Assembly: GCA_963720495.1 (NCBI GenBank)
Contig: CAVRFU010000013.1
Span: 32,273 to 96,272, forward strand
Length of the DNA: 64,000 bases
Origin: an uncultured Chloroflexia bacterium
Lineage (GTDB): Bacteria > Chloroflexota > Limnocylindria > Limnocylindrales > CSP1-4
Direction: 5' to 3'
In this document: in pieces, positions 48,427 to 58,516 of the stretch
How the letters are laid out: the number at the start of each line of letters is the position of its first letter
Position numbering within the stretch: the stretch's first letter is position 1
Position numbers and translations under genes: made by a program
Notes under the pieces: generated by a model
The model's database searches: none
What the model was told of the DNA's origin: nothing
Seen by the model: only the letters and a program-made list of their open reading frames with translations

Positions 48427-49325
48427 GCCCGGGCCCGCATCGTGCGCAGGAGGGCCGGCGCGTAGTCGGCCATGGCGTCCGGCCACGACCGCATCGGGTC
48501 GCCGGGGAGTGGCGTCTGGGCCAGGACGCCCCAGCGCGGCGGCCGCGACGGGCGCTCCCAGGTGGAGGACGGGACGTTGACGATGTCGACCTCGATGCCC
48601 GCCCGGCCGAGGACGTAGCGGGCCCAGTCGCCCCGGGTCGCGAAGAGGCCGTTGACGAGGTGGTGGACGCCGGCCGTCGCGTCCTCGGCCAGCAGCCCGA
48701 CGACGGCCTCGGCCACATCGGCGGTGTACGTCGGCGTGCCCCACTCGTCGCTCACGAGGCGCAGCGGCTCGCCGGCCGCTCGCGCACGCTCGGCGGCCTC
48801 GAGGATCTTGCTCGGGTAGTCCCGCCCGGGTGCCCCGAACAGCCAGGCCGTCCGGGCGATCCCGAGTGCGGCCCCCGGTCGGGCGGCGAAGGCGGCCGCG
48901 GCGAGGCGCTCGCCCTCCGCCTTCGATGCGCCGTACGGGTTGGCCGGCGACACCGGATCGGTCGGCAGGTAGCCATCGCCGTCCAGCCGCGTGCCGTCGA
49001 AGACCTCGTTGGTCGAGATGGCGAGGAGGTCGATCCCCCGCTCCGCGCAGGCCGCCGCGAGAACGCCCGTGGCAGCCCCGTTGCGTTGCAGGGCGAGCGC
49101 CGGGTCGAGGGCGCAGCCGTCGACGTCGGTCCAGGCGGCGGCATGGACCACCACCTCCGGTCGCTCCCGGTCGAGGCGCACACCGATGTCGCCGGGGGCG
49201 TCGAGGTCGAACTCGGCACGGTCCCACGCGATCGGCCCGGCCGGACCCGTGAACGGTGCATCCGCCAGGGCGGCGACGAGGTGCCGGCCGAGACGTCCGG
49301 CCGCCCCCGTGACGGCGACGCGCAT
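48423..49325 (-). CDS. rfbD: dTDP-4-dehydrorhamnose reductase
   Basis: VTGAAGRLG, HAAAWTDVD, ISTNEVFDG, YGASK, RTAWLF, GTPTY. Confidence 0.93.
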   Translation of the reverse strand: MRVAVTGAAGRLGRHLVAALADAPFTGPAGPIAWDRAEFDLDAPGDIGVRLDRERPEVVVHAAAWTDVDGCALDPALALQRNGAATGVLAAACAERGIDLLAISTNEVFDGTRLDGDGYLPTDPVSPANPYGASKAEGERLAAAAFAARPGAALGIARTAWLFGAPGRDYPSKILEAAERARAAGEPLRLVSDEWGTPTYTADVAEAVVGLLAEDATAGVHHLVNGLFATRGDWARYVLGRAGIEVDIVNVPSSTWERPSRPPRWGVLAQTPLPGDPMRSWPDAMADYAPALLRTMRARA

Positions 49326-50404
49326 CAGTCGCCGGTCGCGGGCATGGCCGGCGCCGCCTGGCCCGTCGCGAGCCGATGCCCGTACTGGCGGGCGTACCAG
49401 CCGTCCCAGTCGCCCGATCGGGCGGCCCGCCACCACGCCTCGTTCGCCTGGTACCAGGCGACGGTCGAGGCCAGACCGTCCTCGAAGGTCGTCGTCGGGC
49501 GCCAGCCGAGCGTGGCGAGCTTCGTGCCGTCCATCGCGTACCGGCGGTCGTGGCCGGGCCGGTCGTCGACCGTTCGGACCAATGACCACGGCTTCCCGAG
49601 CTGGTCGAGCAGCAGCGTCACGACCTCCCGGTTCGTGCGCTCGGTGGCGCCGGCCACGTTGTAGGTCTCGCCCGAGACGCCGTTCCGGAGGACGAAGTCG
49701 ATCGCCGCGGCGTGGTCGGACACGTACAGCCATTCCCGTCGCTGGAGGCCATCGCCGTACATCGGCAGCGGCCGGTCGTCGAGCGCGTTGGTGACGAACA
49801 ACGGGATGAGCTTCTCGGGATGGTGGTACGGCCCGTACGTGTTGGAGCCGCGGGTCACGACCGCGTCGAGCCCGTGGGTGATGACGTAGCTCCGGACGAG
49901 CAGCTCGCCGGCCGCCTTGGCCGCCGCGTACGGGGAGCGCGGCGCGAGCGGGGCGTCCTCCGCGGCATGGCCCTCGTCCACGGAGCCGTAGACCTCGTCG
50001 GTCGAGACCTGCAGGTAGCGCGGCCGGGCGGGCGCCGCGCGACAGGCGTCGAGAAGCACGTGCACGCCGATGACCCCGGTCGCCAGGAAGGCCTCCGGGT
50101 CGAGGATGGAGCGGTCGACGTGCGACTCGGCGGCGAAGTTGAGCACGGCATCCGACGCGTCGACGAGGGGTCCGACCACCTCCGGATCGGCGATGTCACC
50201 CTGGACGAACGTGAACCGGCCGGCCATCTCGGGGTCGTCCCGGACGGGCGCCAGGTTGGCCTCGTTGCCGGCGTAGGTCAGCTTGTCGAGGACCGTGATC
50301 CGCGTCCCGTCGCGCCGGCCCAGGACGTCGCGGACGTAGGCGGAGCCGATGAACCCGGCCCCGCCGGTGACGAGCAGACGCTTCGCCGACCGGTCCCCGG
50401 CCAC
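49325..50404 (-). CDS. rfbB: dTDP-glucose 4,6-dehydratase
   Basis: LVTGGAGFIGS, DKLTYAGN, NFAAESHVDRSI, VSTDEVYG, PYAAAKA, DRPGHDRRY. Confidence 0.95.
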   Translation of the reverse strand: MAGDRSAKRLLVTGGAGFIGSAYVRDVLGRRDGTRITVLDKLTYAGNEANLAPVRDDPEMAGRFTFVQGDIADPEVVGPLVDASDAVLNFAAESHVDRSILDPEAFLATGVIGVHVLLDACRAAPARPRYLQVSTDEVYGSVDEGHAAEDAPLAPRSPYAAAKAAGELLVRSYVITHGLDAVVTRGSNTYGPYHHPEKLIPLFVTNALDDRPLPMYGDGLQRREWLYVSDHAAAIDFVLRNGVSGETYNVAGATERTNREVVTLLLDQLGKPWSLVRTVDDRPGHDRRYAMDGTKLATLGWRPTTTFEDGLASTVAWYQANEAWWRAARSGDWDGWYARQYGHRLATGQAAPAMPATGD

Positions 50405-50405
50405 C

Positions 50406-51167
50406 TCAGCCGACCGCCCGGGTGACCGGCGCCGACAGCCGGCCAGCGGCGTCGTCGGCGGCGGCCAGCTCGGCAGCCCGCAGGAGCGACGGGACCGTCC
50501 CGGCGTCGGTCCAGTGACCCTCGTACACGGGGCTGTAGAGGCCCTGGCCGGGGATGTAGTGGTTGAGGACGTCGGTGATCTCGAGCTCGCCGCGGCCGGA
50601 CGGCAGGAGGAGGTCGATGACCCCGAAGGCATCCGGCCGGAGGAAGTACACGCCGATCGGGATGAGGTCGCTCTTGGGGTTGTCCGGCTTCTCCTCGAAG
50701 CCGATCACCCGGCCGTCGGCGTCGAACTCGGCCACGCCGAAGCGCTCAGGGTCCGGGACCTGGTAGAGCAGCGTGCCGGCCCCGTACGGGCCGCTCTCGA
50801 ACTCGGCGGCGATGCCGTCGAGCGGCTGGCCGCGCAGGATGTTGTCGCCGAGGACGCAGCAGAACGCGTCGTCGCCGACGAAGTCGCGGGCCAGCCCGAT
50901 GGCGTGGGCGATGCCCAGCGCGCCCGGCTGGTAGCGGTAGGTCAGGTCGATGCCGAAGGCCGAGCCGTCCGCCAGCAGCTCGACGACGTCGCCCACGCTC
51001 TTGCCACCGACGATGACCATGACCTCGCGGATGCCCATCCCGGCGAGCGTCTCGATCGGGTAGTAGATCATCGGCCGGTCGTAGATCGGCAGCAGGTGCT
51101 TGTTGGTGACGATCGTGAGCGGGTAGAGCCGGGTCGCGGTGCCGCCGGCGAGGACGATGCCCTTCAT
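50406..51167 (-). CDS. rfbA: Glucose-1-phosphate thymidylyltransferase (short form)
   Basis: MKGIVLAGGTATRLYPLT...KHLLPIYDRPMIYYP, LGDN, EEKP, RGELEITD, WTDAGT. Confidence 0.93.
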   Translation of the reverse strand: MKGIVLAGGTATRLYPLTIVTNKHLLPIYDRPMIYYPIETLAGMGIREVMVIVGGKSVGDVVELLADGSAFGIDLTYRYQPGALGIAHAIGLARDFVGDDAFCCVLGDNILRGQPLDGIAAEFESGPYGAGTLLYQVPDPERFGVAEFDADGRVIGFEEKPDNPKSDLIPIGVYFLRPDAFGVIDLLLPSGRGELEITDVLNHYIPGQGLYSPVYEGHWTDAGTVPSLLRAAELAAADDAAGRLSAPVTRAVG

Positions 51168-51210
51168 CGCGGGCAAGGGTAGCAGTCGAGGCTGGCCGCC
51201 ACCGCCGGGG

Positions 51211-52182
51211 TCACGGCTTCGGGGTGGCCGGACGGGCGCCGCCCGGCTTCGCGCTGGGCGCCAGGCACGGCTGCTCGCCCTGGGGCAGGACACCCGTGCC
51301 GCCGCAGTCGACCGGCTGCTGCTCGATCGGCGGCAGGCCACCGTCGTAGTCGGTGATGACCATGAGGTACTCGAGCTTGTCGAGCTGGGCCGCGGGCTGG
51401 AGGAACGCGGTCTGGACCACCGAGTTGGCGTCGCGGTGCGTATCGACCACCTGCCCGATGAGCAGGCCCTTCGGATACGGCGAGCGGACGCCGCTGCCGA
51501 GCTCGATGCCCGCGGTGACGACCTCGTCGCCGACCGTGACGGTCTCGCCCGAATCGATCTCGCGCATGATCAGGACACCGCCCAGCTGCCCGACCACCTC
51601 GCCGGTCGCGGCGTTGGTCGTCAGCTGGCCGATGACGGTCGAGCCGCTGTCGGTCAGCAGCAGGACCTTGGCGCTCGACGGAGTGACCTCGGTCACCCGG
51701 CCGGCCAGCGCGCCACCGGCTGCGACCGCCACGTCGCCGACCTTGATCCCGTCGTCGCTGCCCTTGTCGAGCACGACCAGCCGCCGGAACTCGGACGATT
51801 CCCGGGCGATCACCGACGCGGCCGCCGTCTTGTAGTCGAGCCCGGAGCGGAGCTGCAGGAGCGCGGTCAGGTCCTCGTTCTCGCGCCGGATCTCCTCCAG
51901 CCGTGCGTTCTCCGCGGCCAGCCGCTGGTTCTCGGCCTCGAGCGCGGCGTTGTCCACTCGCAGCCGGTCGATCTCGGCGACCGCTCCGACGACGGACGCG
52001 ACCCCGCCGGCGACCTGGTCGAGGGCGCCCTGGACCGGGCGGAACGCGTACCCGACGCCGTTCTGCATCTCGCGGACGAGCGGGTTCGAGGAGAAGGCCA
52101 TGAGCATCACGCAGATGACCAGCAGGACGAGGAACGCGACCCCGCGGCGTCGGGCGGCTCGGCTGGCGAGGACGGAGGTCAT
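51211..52182 (-). CDS. mreC: Rod shape-determining protein MreC
   Basis: N-terminal TM, coiled coil (LEAENQRL..ENARL), DKGSDDGIKVGD, GRV, GDEVVTAG, YPKGLLIGQV. Confidence 0.92.
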   Translation of the reverse strand: MTSVLASRAARRRGVAFLVLLVICVMLMAFSSNPLVREMQNGVGYAFRPVQGALDQVAGGVASVVGAVAEIDRLRVDNAALEAENQRLAAENARLEEIRRENEDLTALLQLRSGLDYKTAAASVIARESSEFRRLVVLDKGSDDGIKVGDVAVAAGGALAGRVTEVTPSSAKVLLLTDSGSTVIGQLTTNAATGEVVGQLGGVLIMREIDSGETVTVGDEVVTAGIELGSGVRSPYPKGLLIGQVVDTHRDANSVVQTAFLQPAAQLDKLEYLMVITDYDGGLPPIEQQPVDCGGTGVLPQGEQPCLAPSAKPGGARPATPKP

Positions 52183-52228
52183 CGGCGCGTTCCGGATCGG
52201 TTCGCTCGTCTCGTTGGCTGGCTGCGGC

Positions 52229-53281
52229 TCAGCGCGGCGGGCGCGAGTACGTCTCGGAGACGAGGACGCGCGCCATCCGGTCGAGATCCTGGAGGACGAC
52301 GCCCGTCCCGCGTGCGACGCAGGTCAGCGGGTCGTCGGCGATGTGGACGGGCATCTGGGTCGCCTCGGCGACGCGCCGGTCGAGACCGGCCAGCAGGGCG
52401 CCGCCGCCGGCCAGGACGATGCCCTGGTCCATGATGTCGGCGACCAGCTCGGGCGGGGTCTCCTCGATCGTGTCCTTGACCGTGTCGACGATCTGCTGGA
52501 CGGACGGCTCGATGGCCTCGCGGATCTGGTCCGCGCCGACCTCGACGCTGCGCGGCAGCCCGGTCAGCAGGTCCCGGCCACGAAGCGCGACCCGCTGCGC
52601 GTCCCATTCGCCCGGGTAGGCCGAGGCGATGGCGATCTTGATGTCCTCCGCCGTCCGCTCGCCGAGGAACAGGTTGTACTCGCGGCGCGCGAAGGTGACG
52701 ATGTCCTGGTCCATCTCGTCACCACCGATCCGGATGCTCCGGCTCACGACGATCCCGCCCAGGCTGATGACGGCGACCTCCGTCGTCCCGCCGCCGATGT
52801 CGACGACCAGCGACCCGGACGGCTCGCTCACGGGCAGGCCGGCGCCGATCGCGGCGGCCATCGGCTCCTCGATGAGCCCGGCCCAGCGGGCGCCGGCGTT
52901 GAGCGCCGCATCGCGGACGGCGCGCTTCTCGACCTCGGTGACACCGGACGGGATGCCGAGGAGCATCCGCGGCCGGGCGATCATGCCGACCCGGGCGTGG
53001 ACCTTGTCGACGAAGTACTTGATCATCTGCTCGGTCACGTCGAAGTCGCTGATGACCCCGTCGCGGAGCGGCCGGACCGCGATGATGTTGGCCGGCGTCC
53101 GGCCGACCATCCGCTTGGCCTCGGCCCCGACCGCCAGGACGCGCTTGGTCTTGGCGTCGATGGCCACGACCGACGGCTCGCTCATGACGATCCCGCGATC
53201 GCGGACGTGGACCAGCGTGTTGGCCGTCCCGAGGTCGATCCCGATGTCGCGGGAGAAGATGCCGAGGATCCGGTCGAGCAT
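52229..53281 (-). CDS. mreB: Rod shape-determining protein MreB
   Basis: DIGIDLGTANT, EPSVVA, PLRDGVISD, EEPMAAAIGAG, DIGGGTTEVAVISLGG, GIVLAGGGALL. Confidence 0.97.
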   Translation of the reverse strand: MLDRILGIFSRDIGIDLGTANTLVHVRDRGIVMSEPSVVAIDAKTKRVLAVGAEAKRMVGRTPANIIAVRPLRDGVISDFDVTEQMIKYFVDKVHARVGMIARPRMLLGIPSGVTEVEKRAVRDAALNAGARWAGLIEEPMAAAIGAGLPVSEPSGSLVVDIGGGTTEVAVISLGGIVVSRSIRIGGDEMDQDIVTFARREYNLFLGERTAEDIKIAIASAYPGEWDAQRVALRGRDLLTGLPRSVEVGADQIREAIEPSVQQIVDTVKDTIEETPPELVADIMDQGIVLAGGGALLAGLDRRVAEATQMPVHIADDPLTCVARGTGVVLQDLDRMARVLVSETYSRPPR

Positions 53282-53469
53282 GGTGGCGGGCGGGTCCCTT
53301 CGTTCGTCGCGGTCGGGGGTTCGGGTCGGGCGCGGCGCCGGCGCCGGGAGGCGCCGCCGGAGTCGGGGCGGGCCGCGCTGCGGCATCCACTCGCTGGGTC
53401 GGGCCGGTAGCCCGCGCAGTATACCCGGTCGCTCTGGCGCGGCCGGAGGGGACGACCTCGCGGGACGGC

Positions 53470-54219
53470 TCAGCCGGCCGCGGGCCGGTCGAACGCCACT
53501 CCCCTGTCCCGCAGCGACACGTACGCGTCGTGGCCGATGACGAGGTGGTCGAGGAGCTGGATGTCCAGCAGGCGACCGGCCGCCAGCGCCTCGGCGGTCA
53601 GGTGGAGGTCGTCCGGTGACGGCGTGGGGTCGCCCGACGGGTGGTTGTGGACGAGGATCACGCCGGCCGCGTTGAGCCGGACCGCGTCCCGGAAGAGCTC
53701 ACCGACACGGACCAGCGACGACGACACGTTGCCCTGGTAGACGGTGCTGACGCGCAGGACGTGGTTCTTCGTGTCGAGCATGACCACCCGCAGCTCCTCG
53801 CGCTCGAGCCGGCCCATCTGGAGGATCAGGCGGTCCGCCACGTCGTGGGGGCCGCGGATCGTCCAGCGAGCCGTCGGCCAGTCCGCGAGCAGCCGGCGCC
53901 CGAGCTCGAAGGCCGCGACCAGCTGCGCGGCCTTCGCCTCGCCGATCCCGCTGACCTCGGCGAGCTCGAGCTCCGTGGCACGGGCCAGCCCGGTCAGGCC
54001 GTCGTGGCGGGCGAGCGCGTCGGCCGCGAGGTCCACGGCCGATCGGCCGCGCGTCCCGGAGCCCCACACCAGCGCGATCAGCTCGGCGACGGTCAGGCCA
54101 CCGACGCCGCGCATGGCCAGACGCTCCCGCGGCCGCTCCGTGACGGGCAGCTCCCGGATCGCCCGGCCCCGATCGCCGTGGTGGCCGTCGGTCGTCGACG
54201 GCTCGTGGGATGCGGCCAC
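53470..54219 (-). CDS. radC: RadC/JAB-domain protein (UPF0758)
   Basis: ERPRERL, HhH (GIGEAKAAQL..AFELGRR), RELFRDAV-type segment, HNHPSGDPTPSPDD, LLDHLVIG. Confidence 0.93.
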   Translation of the reverse strand: MAASHEPSTTDGHHGDRGRAIRELPVTERPRERLAMRGVGGLTVAELIALVWGSGTRGRSAVDLAADALARHDGLTGLARATELELAEVSGIGEAKAAQLVAAFELGRRLLADWPTARWTIRGPHDVADRLILQMGRLEREELRVVMLDTKNHVLRVSTVYQGNVSSSLVRVGELFRDAVRLNAAGVILVHNHPSGDPTPSPDDLHLTAEALAAGRLLDIQLLDHLVIGHDAYVSLRDRGVAFDRPAAG

Positions 54220-54420
54220 CGCGACACCTCCGGAACGAAATGGGGCGGTCTGAGGCGTCCCCGGGGCCCGGATGACGAGAGCCCGCCGATTCCCCCCGCC
54301 ATCCGGACCTCGAGGACATCGCGCAGCCTAGGGACGGGCGCTCATCGGCCGGTCATCCGGTGGTGCACGGCGGCTCACCGACGCGCCGGGGATGGCGATC
54401 CGGCGCCGGTCGGACGCTCG

Positions 54421-55530
54421 CTACGACGACCGCGAGGCGATCTCGGCGATGACCAGGAGGATCCCGTTGAACGCGGCGTGGAGCCCGTACGACGCCCAGA
54501 CCGTCTTGCGCCGGACGAACAGCCAGCCGAGGGCCAGGGCGATCGGCACCCGGCCGGCGAACGCGACGAAGGCCTGGGAGAAGGCATCGCCCGCGCTGGA
54601 GCCCGAGATCGTCAGAACGTGCGCGAAGGCGAACACCAGCGCCCCGAGCACGACGCCGCGGGTGACGCCGAGACCGCGGACCCAGGCCGTCGTGGCGAAT
54701 GCCCGGAAGAGGATCTCCTCGCCGAACGGCGCGACCACGACCCCGGCCAGGAGCGACAGGGCGAAGCCGATGTTCGTCCCGGTCGGGGGCAGCGGGCTGA
54801 CCGGCTCGACCGGGACGGCCCGCAGCAGGATCGAGACGACGATCCCGGTCACGAAGACGATCGGCAGGGCCCAGGCCGCGCCCCCCAGCCCTTCCGCCAC
54901 GGCCCGTCGGTCCGGCCGGCTGACGCCCATCGCCGCCCAGTCGAGCGCTCCGGCATCGACGACGAGGAGCCGCACGAGGCCGATGTAGACAGCCGCCTGG
55001 ACGGTCACCGAGACGAGCGCCCCGAACGGGCCATCGAGCGGGACGCCGACGAAGGCGAGCGGGACGCTGACGGCCAGCACCGCCAGCAGCGAGATCGGGA
55101 CGGAGGCGAACAGGACCAGGAACGGCGACGGCCCCTGGTACGGCAGGCGGCCGCGGACGCGCCGCTCGATCGCCTGGGAGCCGGCGCCGGCGATGAGCCC
55201 GACGGACAGCGGGATGAGGCCGACGACGATCAGGATCCGGGCAGAATCCGGGTTGCTGCTCATGATCCCCACCGCGATGAGCCCGATCCCGACGATGGTG
55301 GCGAGCCAGCCGACGACGAACAGCGCCGGCGCGGAGCGACCCTCGATGGTGAACGTGCCGGTCCCGAGCCGCGCCGGCGGCGGGGCCGGGATCAGGACGG
55401 CCGCGCCGGACTCATCGCGCTCGGGCGCGTCGGGGTCGGGCGCGTCGGGGTCGGGGGCCGGGACCATCCCGTCCGGGGATCCGTCCGCTCGCTCCGGCCC
55501 ACGCCCGGACGGCGGGTCCGAGGAGGTCAA
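54421..55530 (-). CDS. CPBP/CAAX (Abi) family intramembrane metalloprotease with N-terminal TM extension
   Basis: APFGEEILFR, FAFAH, HAAFN motifs. Confidence 0.9.
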   Translation of the reverse strand: MTSSDPPSGRGPERADGSPDGMVPAPDPDAPDPDAPERDESGAAVLIPAPPPARLGTGTFTIEGRSAPALFVVGWLATIVGIGLIAVGIMSSNPDSARILIVVGLIPLSVGLIAGAGSQAIERRVRGRLPYQGPSPFLVLFASVPISLLAVLAVSVPLAFVGVPLDGPFGALVSVTVQAAVYIGLVRLLVVDAGALDWAAMGVSRPDRRAVAEGLGGAAWALPIVFVTGIVVSILLRAVPVEPVSPLPPTGTNIGFALSLLAGVVVAPFGEEILFRAFATTAWVRGLGVTRGVVLGALVFAFAHVLTISGSSAGDAFSQAFVAFAGRVPIALALGWLFVRRKTVWASYGLHAAFNGILLVIAEIASRSS

Positions 55531-56210
55531 CGCTCCGGCAGCGGATCCTGGGGCGCCGGGATCGGCCCGGTCGCGGGACGCGTCGACGACCGGCCACCGG
55601 TCGGGAACGTTGTCGGGATCGCGCTCGAGCCGGAGACGGCGGCAGCGGGCTGGGCCGCCTCGCCCGTGGCGGCGATCCGGCCGGTCACCTCGCGAGCGTG
55701 CGGCAGCGCCCCGATGGCGGCCGGCGCCTCACGACGTTCGAAGTCCTTGCCGCACCAGGCGCACAGCGACCAGTCCATCCCGACCAGGCGGCTGCAGTTC
55801 GGGCAGACGCGCTTCAGGCGGGTCCGGCAGTTGGGGCAGATGATCCACTCGTCGTCGATCCGGCGCTCGCAGCCGGGGCAGTGGTGGATCGACTCGACCT
55901 CGGCGAGGAGCGCCTCCTCGGCCAGGTTGCGCTCCCAGACCTCGCCGATCTTCTCGTGCGGCCGAACGATCTTGTAGATCCAGACGGCGAGGATGAAGAA
56001 GATCGGGGTGAACAGGATGATGCCGGCGGCCGCGACGTACGGCAGGATCGGGTTGTCCGACCGCTGCTGCATGTCCCGGAAGGCCCAATAGGCCGAGGCC
56101 AGCCAGATGACGATGAGGTAGATGCCGATCGCCCGGAGTCCGAACTGGACCGGAGCGCTGTTGAAGAAGCCGCCGACCGTGTCGCCGATCTGTCCGAAGA
56201 TCTGATCCAT
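55527..56210 (-). CDS. Membrane protein with double zinc ribbon
   Basis: Two TMs, then CPGC..CPNC and CPNC..CAWC. Confidence 0.85.
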   Translation of the reverse strand: MDQIFGQIGDTVGGFFNSAPVQFGLRAIGIYLIVIWLASAYWAFRDMQQRSDNPILPYVAAAGIILFTPIFFILAVWIYKIVRPHEKIGEVWERNLAEEALLAEVESIHHCPGCERRIDDEWIICPNCRTRLKRVCPNCSRLVGMDWSLCAWCGKDFERREAPAAIGALPHAREVTGRIAATGEAAQPAAAVSGSSAIPTTFPTGGRSSTRPATGPIPAPQDPLPER

Positions 56211-56347
56211 GCCGCTGGGTCGCTGCCTCCGTTGGCCTCACCGGGCCGATGCACCCCAGGTCGGGCCTCGTCCGATTCGCTCGGCGAAGTGTAGCAGGGG
56301 AGTTCCGGGGTCTCGGTCCGTGGGCTGCCCACCCGTTCGCCATGGGC

Positions 56348-57485
56348 TCAGACGACCGGTTCGACCTCGACGTGACGGGTGGCCCACGATCGTGACGCCG
56401 CCACCGATGAGGAGCGCCAGCGCCGCCGAGAGCGACGACGATGACGCCGACGTCGGCACCGAGCGGGCCGAACTGGTACGGCCAGGTCAGACCGACGAGC
56501 ATCCCGCCCAGACCGAGCGCGAACACGCCGGCCCACAGCCAGACGGGGACCTTCGTGCGCATGATCCCGAGCGCCAGGATGGCGAGCGACGCCAGGAGGA
56601 CCACGACGTGGGTCGGGCTGGCGAGGCCCCACGAGTCGAGATAGCCACCGAGGCTGCGCGAGCCGATGACGACGCGCGACCAGGGCAGCAGGAAGCCGAG
56701 CACCGCCATCGCGGCGCCGACGATCACGAACCACGTGCCGATCTCGGCGAACCGGGTGAGCTCGTCGGCATCCCCCGCATCGACGGTGCGTTCGCGGCGG
56801 CGGCCTCGGCCGCGGCGATCGACGACCGCGGCGCGACGGTCATCGTCTGGGACGGCCAGGAGCCACTCCCCGACGATCCGGCACCGGCGGTCGCCGCGGC
56901 CGACAGCGCCAGCACCGGCGGGCGATACGCGCTCGGCGGCGTGTGGCCCGGCCCCGTCGCCGCGGTCACGTCCTTCCGGTGGACGTACGGGCGCGCGATG
57001 AGGATCGGCTCGGGACCATCGAACGGCGTGCGGAGCGCCGCGGGCAGGGCCTCGGTCGGTTCGGGCGACAGGGAGAAGGCTGCCGGCTCGAGCTCGAGCT
57101 CCGCCGGTTCGGCGCCTCCATCGGGTTCGGCGTCAGCCTCGGCTTCGGCCTCGAGCTCCCTGGTGTCGCTCTCGGCTGCCGGCTCGGCCGTCTCGGCCGT
57201 CTGGGTCTCGGCCGCGCCGGTCGGTGCGCCGTCATCGAGCGGGAGGGGGATCTGATCGGGCGCGACATCGGACTCGGGCATCGCGTCGGCCTCGGGCATC
57301 GCGTCGGCCGTGTCCGCCACGCCCACCGGGGCGTCCGCGTCCACCTCGACCGGGGTCGGCTCGGGAACCTGCCTGGCCGGCCCGCCCGCCACGGATGCCA
57401 GGAGCGCGCCACAGGCCGGGCACGACAGCCGGCCGTACGAGACCTTTTCGCCACACTCGACGCAGTCGATGGTCTTGGTCTTCAT
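56348..57485 (-). CDS. Hypothetical protein: N-terminal Zn ribbon, acidic linker, C-terminal multi-TM domain; 2-3 apparent frameshifts
   Basis: CVEC..CPAC; frames switch near 56780 and 56400-56430 (WFVIVGAAMAVLGFLLPW... to ...ATRHVEVEPVV*). Confidence 0.6.
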
Positions 57486-57527
57486 GCGACATCTCCCCGT
57501 CCGGGACGGCCGCCGGGGCCGCCCGGG

Positions 57528-58516
57528 CTACAGCGTCGCAGACGTGTGGTCGGGTCGCCAGTCACCCGGTCGGCTATCGGTCGACCCCCCGAACGTCCCT
57601 TCCCGGGTGACCTCGGCGACGGTCCAGACGGCCGCTCGCCAGGCACAGACCACGCTCAGGAGCAGCAAGCCGACGGTCCACAGGACCACCAGGACCAGGA
57701 CCGCGACGAAGACCGAGACCGGATCGTCGGCCCCCTCGAGCACGTTGGCTGCGGCGGTCCAGGCGGTCCCCGCGCGCGACGGCCGCCGGAACGAGGACCG
57801 CGAGCAGGACGAGGGCAGGAGCCCAGAAGCGCGCGAGCGTCGCGACCGGGTGTCGCACGCCCGTGCCGATCGCGCCGGCCAGCGCCCGGCCCACGCCGTC
57901 ACCGTCGAGCACGATCCGTCGCGCCGCCATCGCCCCGACGATCTCGCCGATCATCCAGGCCACGACCACCGCGGCGATGACCTCGGGCGTCTCCCGCAGG
58001 ACCCGGATCGCGATCGGGGTCACGACGTCGAACGGGCTGGTCAGCTCGCGATAGGCCACCGACACCAGGCGCACGGACCCCCAGGCGAAGGCGAGCAGCA
58101 GAGGCACGAGCGCGACGAGCCGGGCGACGAGGATCCGGAGCGACGACGCCACGACGGGCGGACAGCTCGCGCCCGGGCCGGCGCGCGGCGAGGTCCTCGT
58201 CCAGCGCCACGATCCGGATCGTCTCGGCCTCGAGCGCGGCGGCCAGCCAGGCACCGCCGAACAGCAGCGCCACGACCGCGAGCACGGCCGCGCCACCGGC
58301 CGCGATCATCGAGCCGGTGACCGATCCGAGCGCGATCGCCGTGACGAGCGGTCCGAACGCGTTGGCGAGCCCGACCGGCGTGGGCAGCACGACGACCGGC
58401 ACGACGACGAGGAGGATCCCGCCGCGGAGCAGGAAGGCCCCGAGCGCGAGCGGCCAGGTGGCCGGCGTGGCCAGCGTCACGAGCAGCGCGCCGATGAGCG
58501 CCACTCCCCGGTTCAC
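57528..58516 (-). CDS. Hypothetical integral membrane protein; apparent frameshifts near 58170 and 57780
   Basis: Continuous hydrophobic helices across three frames (NRGVALIGALLV..., VARLVALVPLLLA..., VSVFVAVLVLVVLW...). Confidence 0.6.

Noticed and set aside
54240-54320. Possible structured RNA motif upstream of radC
   Set aside because: Only a 7-bp stem (ccggatg/catccgg) in GC-rich DNA; not distinguishable from chance by eye.
55412-57310. Short coding tandem duplications (DPDAP at about 55420-55455; MPEADA at about 57275-57310)
   Set aside because: Ordinary slippage in low-complexity linkers; no sign of a separate function.
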